From positions 43,946 through 107,945 of the forward strand of contig MHBK01000045.1 in assembly GCA_001804865.1 (NCBI GenBank): a DNA stretch of 64,000 nucleotides, given 5' to 3'. The notes under the pieces were generated by a model. That model searched no databases and was not told the origin of the DNA. It saw only the letters and a program-made list of their open reading frames with translations. The stretch comes from Lentisphaerae bacterium GWF2_57_35. GTDB lineage: Bacteria > Verrucomicrobiota > Kiritimatiellia > CAIQIC01 > GWF2-57-35. This document shows, in pieces, positions 54,770-62,800 of the stretch. Both the position numbers and the translations under genes were made by a program. The stretch's first letter is position 1. Every line of letters starts with the position of its first letter.

Positions 54770-54902
54770 TATCCTGCCCCCCACGAATAACCATAAACCA
54801 CTAAATCTAAAAAACAACAACCGCCGGCCACGGCCGGCGGAAAAACAGGCGCGCTCCAGTCCCCTCGAAGCGGGCTGGAGCGCGCCTTTCACCCGAAACG
54901 GG

Positions 54903-55535
54903 TTATTCGTACACAATATCGTCGAGATAGAACGTCACCGGATCCGGCCGCCCGGCCACGGAGAACACAAAACCCGTCATAATGCGGGACAGGTTTTTAC
55001 CTTCGAGCGGAATGATGTATTGCTTCCAGGTGGGCTCCAGCTTGATCTTGCCCAAGTTGCCCTTTGCCGTATCCCAATAGGGCTTGTTCTTGGCAATAAT
55101 GCCCATCTTGAATTCAACCATTTCGCCGCCCTTGTCGCCCCGAGCCCAGAAACTGAGATGCTTGGCGCCGGTCAGATCCACGCCGCCCTCTTCATCGCCC
55201 CAGTTGTTGGCGGGACTCTGCCAGACGATGCCGCCCCAGCTCTTCGGATCGCTGAAGGTAATCTTAATGCAGCTTGCGCCGCCGTGCGGATTCTCTTTCC
55301 AGCAATCGTCATATTCGAGAGCCTCGGCGCTGCCCATCCAACCGGAGGCAATAAACGCCGGCTCGCCTTCATCTTCGCAATCGCCGTACAACTTGCTGGG
55401 CAGGGTCACTTTCATGCCCACGGGACCCGCTGTAACGTCCGCAGAAGACGCTCCGCCTTCCTGAGCCAAAACCACACCCGCCATCGACATGGCGGCCAAC
55501 AATGCAACACTTCCAACCAACTTGATCTTCGACAT
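54903..55535 (-). CDS. secreted CBM-like (galactose-binding-like) protein, paralog B
   Basis: MSKIKLVGSVALLAAMSMAGVVLA signal. ...CIKITFSDPKSWGGIVWQSPANNWGDEEGG...SFWARGDKGGEMVEFKMG. Confidence 0.65.
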   Translation of the reverse strand: MSKIKLVGSVALLAAMSMAGVVLAQEGGASSADVTAGPVGMKVTLPSKLYGDCEDEGEPAFIASGWMGSAEALEYDDCWKENPHGGASCIKITFSDPKSWGGIVWQSPANNWGDEEGGVDLTGAKHLSFWARGDKGGEMVEFKMGIIAKNKPYWDTAKGNLGKIKLEPTWKQYIIPLEGKNLSRIMTGFVFSVAGRPDPVTFYLDDIVYE

Positions 55536-55583
55536 GATAGCAACCTCCTTATGATTTCACTGCACAACTGGTACCTATTGAAA

Positions 55584-57779
55584 TTATTCCATGACTGCTG
55601 CGCCGGGCTCCTCCTTTCCCTGCCCTAACTCCCCCAGCCATACTTTCATTAGATCGTAGTAGGCTTTCTTGGTCACGCGTTGGTACGGGCTGGCGTTGCC
55701 CGTTCCTTGCCCCATGATTCCAAACCATTCTTCCTGCGCAAAGCCATCTGGAAACGGCATGGGAAACACTGCACGGGAAGTCTGCTTGGAGACCGGATCC
55801 TCAAAGTAATTCAGCGAATCCTTCCACCATTCGTCCACCCATTCAAACACAAAACCGCCGATGGAATTCCCGGCGCCGGGCTGTCCGGCGCCGTTGTAAT
55901 AGATATCTTCCCAGTTTTTCAAAACATATGACGATTGAGCTTCCTCATCAGGCCCTTTTTTCGTCCAATAAGAATCGCAGCCGAATTCCGCAATCACGAC
56001 CGGGCGGTTCATGTGCTGCTTGACCTTTTCCCACGTCGCGCCAAATCCATCCTCGCCAATATAGCTATTGACGCCCAGATAATCCAATTCGGGCGCAAAC
56101 CGTCCATAGTACTCGACCAGCCCCGTCAGCAGATTGCCGGTGCCCACCGGATGATCCGGATCGATGGCATGAATCATTTTGGACACTTCGTTAAGAAAGC
56201 GCGCATAGGTCTCCGGATACTTCGAGCCATTGGTCCGCGTGGCGTTGACATCGCCGGAAAGCTCCATATTGTTCTCGTTGCCCAGCACCCACGCCAGCAC
56301 CCACGGCTCCCCTTTCAGCTTCATGACCATGTTGCTGACGGATGCCTTCATGCTTTCGCGCTGGCGGCGAATGGTATAATCGGTGCCGGCATCCCACGTG
56401 GCGCCCGAGCCATGACAATACGCCCCGACGAAATTTCCGACAATCACCCGAATGCCTGTTTCCTTGAACATTTTTCGAAGGACCAGATAATTGAAAGAAG
56501 GCAATTCCGCATCGGTGATGTAGAGCTTTATGGTATTGCAGCCCATGTCTTTAAGCAGCTTGAAATCGCTGACCGTCGGCTCGTCTTCGTCCTGCCGGTT
56601 GTTTCGATTGACGTCCAGCCAGACTTCAAAGCAGTCCGCTTCGCCGTTGACATTCTCGTCGCCCCAGAGCCAGCTCCACTCCCACGGCACCGTGCCGACT
56701 TTGGTGGGCGAATAGTTCATGCCGCGGATGAAATAGGGCTTGCCCTCCACGACCATCCGCCACTCGCCGTTGCCATATTGCACCAACTGGACCGTGCCCG
56801 TGCCGCGCTGCTGAAGAATCTCATCCAAACTCCCGGTGAAAACCCGCTCGACATAATTAGTGTCTTGCTTCATTTGAACCGCCGGCGTCGGCGTATTGGT
56901 TACAACGACATCCGCTTCGCTGGCGAGGGCTGCATTTGCATCGTTAGTTTCTGCCGCATCCGCTTCAGGGGGTGCGCCTGCGTCCTCTTCGTTAATCGCG
57001 ACCACATTCGTTTCGTTGACATGGCCGATCTCTGCTTCGCCAGTTCCAACGGCATCCGCTTCGTTGGTTGCGCCCGCGTCCGCTGTATTTATTATAACCA
57101 CATTTGTTTCGGCAATCGTCGCGGTTGTCTGAATGCGCACCAGCCGGCCAGGATTCACCTTGCTCTGCAGTCCGGACTCCTCCCCCTTGGAGATCACGTC
57201 GGCGCCCATCAAGCGTATGTTCAGTTCGGGATGCTTTCTCAACAAATTGGCGATATTGTTCCAGGCCGCCTCCGCCACGCCCCATTGAAACTCCCCCCCG
57301 GCGCTCCAGCAAGCGGAATCAGGATAGAGAATCATGGCGGCCCGATAGGCCTTCAACGCATGAATGTAGTGCCCGCCTTTTTCCAAGGCTTTTCCCACAA
57401 AGAGCAACCGAACCCCCGGATCGTCGCCCGCGCCGGTCCAAATGAAATAATCCAGTTGGGGATTGCCCGTATTCACACGCCTCCACCAATCGCCCTTCAA
57501 AAGTCCGGCCTCCGACGCTTTCTTATAGTCAGGATTGTTGGTGACGCTCGTACAGGGATCGATACCCTCGCCCGACGCCAGGGCCAGCCCCTGCGCATCG
57601 AAGATCATATAGCTGAACTGGGCCGTCCCAACGTTTCGGAATTCCCCATACTTCTCGTAGTCGACAATCTCCTCGGTCCCCGGGTCGTATATTTTGAACC
57701 GGGGCTCTTCCCCCCAAAGGGTTCCAGACCAACAGGTCAGCATGGACAAGGCAAGATAACAGGAAATATTCTTCGACAT
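55584..57779 (-). CDS. secreted clan GH-A glycoside hydrolase (TIM barrel) with an acidic low-complexity linker
   Basis: ATG 57779 (MSKNISCYLALSMLTCWSGTLWG signal, AAGGA upstream). WVLGNENN (acid/base) and VIAEFGCD (nucleophile) motifs. The ORF is open to 57851. Confidence 0.8.
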   Translation of the reverse strand: MSKNISCYLALSMLTCWSGTLWGEEPRFKIYDPGTEEIVDYEKYGEFRNVGTAQFSYMIFDAQGLALASGEGIDPCTSVTNNPDYKKASEAGLLKGDWWRRVNTGNPQLDYFIWTGAGDDPGVRLLFVGKALEKGGHYIHALKAYRAAMILYPDSACWSAGGEFQWGVAEAAWNNIANLLRKHPELNIRLMGADVISKGEESGLQSKVNPGRLVRIQTTATIAETNVVIINTADAGATNEADAVGTGEAEIGHVNETNVVAINEEDAGAPPEADAAETNDANAALASEADVVVTNTPTPAVQMKQDTNYVERVFTGSLDEILQQRGTGTVQLVQYGNGEWRMVVEGKPYFIRGMNYSPTKVGTVPWEWSWLWGDENVNGEADCFEVWLDVNRNNRQDEDEPTVSDFKLLKDMGCNTIKLYITDAELPSFNYLVLRKMFKETGIRVIVGNFVGAYCHGSGATWDAGTDYTIRRQRESMKASVSNMVMKLKGEPWVLAWVLGNENNMELSGDVNATRTNGSKYPETYARFLNEVSKMIHAIDPDHPVGTGNLLTGLVEYYGRFAPELDYLGVNSYIGEDGFGATWEKVKQHMNRPVVIAEFGCDSYWTKKGPDEEAQSSYVLKNWEDIYYNGAGQPGAGNSIGGFVFEWVDEWWKDSLNYFEDPVSKQTSRAVFPMPFPDGFAQEEWFGIMGQGTGNASPYQRVTKKAYYDLMKVWLGELGQGKEEPGAAVME
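56896..57132 (-). repeat. three imperfect ~70-bp coding repeats (ETNVV[IA]IN..DAGA.. acidic linker) inside the GH gene
   Basis: Recurring catccgcttcg units. Translated, they give the low-complexity linker TNVVIINTADAGATNEADAVG / ETNVVAINEEDAGAPPEADAAETNDA. Confidence 0.6.
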
Positions 57780-58242
57780 GTGCGTCCTTATAGCTCTTCC
57801 AAATCGATTGATTTCAACCCCAATGCGTATCCCATACAAGACGTTAAGCAAGCCTAATCAAAACGAATGCGAAATGCACGGCAAATTATGAACATTGGCT
57901 GCTTCAACGACCGATGCTCTTCGCCAGGAAACCAGCCGCCTCTTCCATAACGCATGAAGACCCGACTCTCTTACGCTTAATGCTAGTTGTATACTAGTTG
58001 CTTTCATATAAATCAAGCGGTTTTTCCGTGAAAAAGAAAAAAGATGGGTGTTCGCAATCTTCGTACGCATACGATGCCTTTCGCCCAGGCTTGCAAGGAG
58101 CCGCGACGTCCCCGTAACGCCTCCGCAGTTCTCTTTTATCGGCAACGGACGGCGAGATCGACGAGGAGAGCGTCCACGGCCTCGAACCGCCGTCATGATG
58201 AAAAACTGGCTGAGCCAGCCTGGGGTGCATCTTGACACGGCC

Positions 58243-58371
58243 TCCGCGCATATGAATAAGAATCCACGTCCTTACGGACGCGGCTACGTAGCTGCCGGCG
58301 TAAGCCGGTGGTTTCTTTCCAGTGCCAGACGTTGAGGAGGGGCAGTCAAGATGCACCCCCAGCCTGTTGAC
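58243..58371. repeat. copy B of the ~125-bp structured intergenic repeat (copy A at 11068-11188)
   Basis: Same hairpins and the GCTACGTAGC palindrome. It lies 85 nt upstream of the sigma-factor gene, in a 600-bp divergent intergenic region. Confidence 0.8.
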
Positions 58372-58456
58372 ACATAATACAATCTAGTATACATATGTAT
58401 TGACTGCTTAGACTGGCGATTTCTGTACCGTACAAACAGGTTGAGCATCTCGTTCA

Positions 58457-59158
58457 TTGTGTGCAAGAGCACAATTCAGCAAATTAGTCACTCGGGAGGA
58501 CGGAGTGAACAAGATAAACGGACAAGAATTGCATGCCTTCAGCCAGGATTCTATATCCGCCGCGCGGAAAGGAGACCCGGAGGCTTTGGCGCAGTTGTTC
58601 GAGCATTATGACCCACTTATTCGCGCGATTCCTGCGTGGAAAAAATGGAATTTCTCCCCTATCCTGCAAGAGGATCTATGCCAAAGCATCCGCTTGCAGG
58701 TGCAGAGAATCCTTCCTCGGCTCGACGCCAACAGCTCTTTGGAATTCTTTATCAAGAGCATATGCATTCATCGTTGTATCGACGAGGTGCGCCGCCAAAT
58801 CAAAACGCGGACGCTGATGACCCCGCTGATACAAGAATACGATGAAGGCCGCGAAAACCGGTCTGAAGCCATGATGAAAGCTGGAAACGATCCGAGTCCT
58901 GCGACCTTGCTGGACCTGGGAGAACGGTCGAATGCTTTGCAGCGCGCTTTGGGATCCATGGATGAATCCTGTCGAACGACCGTCACGATGTTTTATTTTG
59001 ACGGCTTGTCCTATAAGGAAATTGCGTCGCGCCTGGGAATTTCCGTTATGACCGTCGGGACACGCCTCAGCAGATGCTTAAATAAGTTGCGACTGGTTCT
59101 TGCAAAGGATAAAGTATTTCAAAAAATTGAAACGTATTCCACTCAATCGACAAATTAA
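58457..59158 (+). CDS. RNA polymerase sigma factor, sigma-70 family (ECF-like)
   Basis: Region 2 (LFEHYDPLIRAI...EDLCQSIRLQV) and region 4 helix-turn-helix (FYFDGLSYKEIASRLGISVMTVGTRLSRCLNKLR). An alternative GTG start at 58505 has GGGAGGA upstream. Confidence 0.85.
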   Translation: MCARAQFSKLVTREDGVNKINGQELHAFSQDSISAARKGDPEALAQLFEHYDPLIRAIPAWKKWNFSPILQEDLCQSIRLQVQRILPRLDANSSLEFFIKSICIHRCIDEVRRQIKTRTLMTPLIQEYDEGRENRSEAMMKAGNDPSPATLLDLGERSNALQRALGSMDESCRTTVTMFYFDGLSYKEIASRLGISVMTVGTRLSRCLNKLRLVLAKDKVFQKIETYSTQSTN

Positions 59159-59172
59159 CAACAAGTATTCCT

Positions 59173-59811
59173 ATGAACGATCACAATATGGATAGGAGCC
59201 GGCAGGAATGGGCCTTTGTGCATCACCAGATGAGCGAGGAAGAACTCCGCGCTTTTCTGCAGGGTCTGGAGAACGACCCCCAGCTTCGGAATGAGGTGGA
59301 ACAGATCCATGCCGTGGACCATCAGCTTCAACTGCTGGCCAACATCAGCCGACTTTCCAAAGAAGAACTGGAGCTAATCCGAAAAGGCTTTCTGGGCGAA
59401 CAAGAGTGGCTGTCGAATCCCCTGGTGTTTGCCAAGGAACTCGAAAAAATATGGAACCGGTATGGAGCCAATCAGCTTGTCATACAGACCGAACAGGCCG
59501 GCGAGGTGGAGGTCGTCCATTTGGGGGGGACGCTCGATACGATTAATGCGGAGTCTTTCAGCAATCTTTTGCAGCCGTTATGCGATGCGGGCCGCCGTAT
59601 GGTCGTGGACTGCATGGGCCTGACTTATGTGAATAGCCTGTGTTTGTCCTTGTGGAACAAATTCCACATGGATTGCGAGGCCCGGGGAGGAAAACTGGTC
59701 TTCTGCTGTCTTCCGCAGAAAATCAACCGGATCGTTTTAATGCTGGGCCTTAACGAAGTGTTAAAGATAGAGGCCACCGTCAGCGCCGCCCTGCGGATCG
59801 CGTCAGAATAA
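59173..59811 (+). CDS. STAS-domain anti-sigma-factor-antagonist-like protein with ~95-aa N-terminal anti-sigma-like helical extension
   Basis: The C-terminal STAS domain is VVHLGGTLDTINAESFSNLL...MVVDCMGLTYVNSLCLSLW...LKIEATVSAALRIASE, with a candidate phospho-Ser in YVNSL. The N-terminus is MSEEELRAFLQGLENDPQLRNEVEQ.... It sits 15 nt after the sigma gene. Confidence 0.75.
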   Translation: MNDHNMDRSRQEWAFVHHQMSEEELRAFLQGLENDPQLRNEVEQIHAVDHQLQLLANISRLSKEELELIRKGFLGEQEWLSNPLVFAKELEKIWNRYGANQLVIQTEQAGEVEVVHLGGTLDTINAESFSNLLQPLCDAGRRMVVDCMGLTYVNSLCLSLWNKFHMDCEARGGKLVFCCLPQKINRIVLMLGLNEVLKIEATVSAALRIASE

Positions 59812-59834
59812 TCGAGACCCATCCCTCGGAACGG

Positions 59835-62800
59835 CTATGGCACGCATTCCATCGCCACCAAGGTAATGTCGTCGTTCTGTTCGCACTCTCCGGCGAATCC
59901 GGAAACCTCCGCCCGCAGCAGGCCGGGCAACTCTTCCACCGGACAAGGGGCACAACGCGCCACCGCCTTCTGGAAGCGCTCGAATCCATATTCCTCTTGG
60001 TGCAGGTTAAACGCTTCCGTCACCCCATCGGTATAGAGAACGACTTTGTCGCCACACGCCATTTCAAACGTTTTCTCGGACAGGAACTCCCCGATCTCCG
60101 GGCGGATGCCCAGCACGATGCCCCCGCTGGGAATGGCCTCTACCCGCCCCGTCGCCGCGCGATAAATCAAGACATGTTCGTGCCCGGCGCCGCAGAAACG
60201 CATCAACCGCTCCTCGGGCGCCCATTCCAGATAGACGGCGCTCACGAACAAGCTGCCCCGCGTACTGCGAAACATGACGCGATTGGCCTTCGCCAGGATA
60301 TCCATCAGCGCCAGGCCTTCCTGCGCATAGGACGCGATCGCCGTCTTCACCATGGCCATCGCCAGGCCCGCCCCCACGCCCTTGCCGCTGACATCGCCGA
60401 TGGCCACGCCCAAATACGCGCGTCCATCCCTCGTCCGTTCGATGAAGTCGTAATAATCGCCGCCGATTTCCTTCGCCGGCTGCATCAGCCCGCAGACCTT
60501 CAACCCCTTCACCGCCGGGGTCGCTTTGGGCAACAAGCACGTCTGAATGTCGCGTCCGATTTGCAGCTCTCTCTTAATCCGGTCCTGCTCCAGCAGGTCT
60601 TTCACGAGTTGAACGTTCTCGATGGCGACCGCCGCTTGAATGCCGAAGGCCTTCATCAGCCCCATATCCCCGGCGGTAAATACGTCGTAGGACATCGCGG
60701 TGTCCAAATACAAAACCCCCAGCATTTTTTCGCGCACCAGCAGCGGCACGCACAGGGCTTGCTTGATGTGGGCGGCCGACAATTCCCGGCCGATGGCCGA
60801 ATCGGAAGCCGCCTGTTCCATTTGCCCGTCGCACGACCATTGCACCGAATCGACGAGCCCCAAGCTCATGCCATATTCCTCATAACTGAACGCCCGATTC
60901 TGCAAGTCCTCTGTGAGGCCCTCCGCCACGCGCAGGCGGCAAGGCCCATCCGCCCCCTCGCGCAACAACACAAAGCCCCGTTCCGCTCCGGTCGCCTCGC
61001 GCGCAAAACACACCATCCGATTCAGCAGTTCTTCCAGATTGAACACCGATCCGATCGCCTGCATGCTGGAGAGCAACGATTCCAAATATCGTTTTTGGGT
61101 CAACACCAGGTTCGGTTCGACCACGCCCCCCTCCGGACGAAAACGATCCAGCAGGGTCTCGGCCTGCTCGCGAAAATACGGGGTTTCGCATCGCTCGAAT
61201 AAATCGCGGGCCTCGAGCAGATATTCATAGGCCGCCCGATCGTCCGGCTGGCGTTCCAGTCTCAGTCCGCCCTCTTCCATCCTGATCTGCGCGAGGCGGT
61301 AGAGGTCCCGGGTCTGCTCCTCGAGATAGCGGACCCCTCTTTGCCAGAGAGCCCGGGCCCGGCCGTGCCGCCCATGAATCCAAAGCCAGGCGCCGTTCAC
61401 CTGATACGCCCAACCTTGGATATAGCGGAATTTCTTGGCCAATCGCCAGGACTGCCGGCAAAACCAGCGCGCTCTTCGGCGGTATTGGAGCAGCCGTTCC
61501 GGCGTGTCGCCCGCCCGTATCGCGTTCAAATAGACCTGCGCTCCCATGGGATACGCCCAGAGCGTCCAGGTTTGCGCATCCAGGCCAGGAAAGACTTCGA
61601 AGGCTTTTTCGATATACGCCGCCGCCTCCCGATGCTCGCCCCGCAGCGAGCGCATCCACCCCAGGTGAGCCCAAGCCGAGCCCACGCTGGAATACTGCTG
61701 CGTCTCGCGAAAGACCGAAAAAAATTCTTCGCGCTGGGCAAACAATTCGTCCCACCCCTTGCCCAGGAAAGCGGCAATGTGAATCTTATCCAACAACATC
61801 CAGCCGTAGATATACCGCATCTTCATGTCCTGGGCATAGCGCAACAGCGTTTCGCATTCCTCCTCCGCCTTTCGCAACTGCCCCATGAGCAGCCGCAAGT
61901 GGCAACCCGTGGAGACGGCCACGCCGTAATACCACCAATCCCCCAGCTCCCGGACCAATCGGGCGGCCTGTTCCGCATGCTGGAGCCCCTCGACGGGGCG
62001 GTTGCCTACTTCATGAACCACGCTGTAGTAGGCATGATAGCCGGCCTCCTGCACCCGATAACCGATCTGTCGGGCCACGTTCAAGCCCCGTTCCAAGCTC
62101 CGTCGCGCAAGAGCCAAAACCGGCACGGTGCTCCACACCGTGCCGCCGCCGATGTAGAGCTCGACCAGTTCCATGCAAACGCCTTTCCGCTCCGCATAGT
62201 TGACGGCTTTAAGGAAACTCCAGAACGTCGTTTTAACATCGATGAAATAGGAGATGTAAGAAATCCGTATCAACAACCGGAGGATGGAAAGATCCCGCAA
62301 GTCCGTGCAGGGACGGGTGCACAGCAGCCAGCGAGAAAACCAGATATGAACCAACTGAACGGCAAATTCCTTCAGGGTAAAAAGCTTGACGAGAGCCGGA
62401 TGGCGGGGCATGCGAACGCGCAACAAGCCCAAGCCGTAGACCGTGGCCTCCAGGCTCTCCTGCGTCGAGCCCAGCTCATGCAACGCGTCGGCTTTCTTCG
62501 AAATAATCCGAACCCGGCGCAAAACATCCCGCTCCCCTACGAGCTGCTCGCACTTCTCGAACGTATCCACCGCCTTGTCGTATTGGCCGGACAACCAGTA
62601 GGTTTCGCCCAGCGCCTCCAACGAATCCACGTATTCGGGCGCATGTCCGAGGTCTTGTTCCTCCAGCAGCGCCAAGGCGGTCTCATAGAAACGCTTGGCC
62701 ATCGCATGGGAAAAGGTCTTCTTCGCCTTGAGGGCGGCTGCCAAGGAATATTTCAGCGCCTTGTCTTTAACGCCGCCGTGAAAATAATGATAGGCGAGTT

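Noticed and set aside
56896-57132. Periodic ~70-bp repeats considered as a possible CRISPR-like array
   Set aside because: They are in-frame coding repeats of an acidic linker within the GH gene. They are imperfect, lack unique spacers and have no cas genes nearby.
55935-57857. 640-aa + strand ORF
   Set aside because: It is antisense to the GH-A glycosidase, which has a signal peptide and catalytic GNENN and AEFG motifs. The + frame translation is Arg-rich with no features.
57994-58356. 120-aa minus-strand ORF spanning repeat copy B
   Set aside because: The equivalent frame in copy A is destroyed by the 2-nt indel, so it is not conserved coding. The + strand small ORF is conserved but remains unproven.
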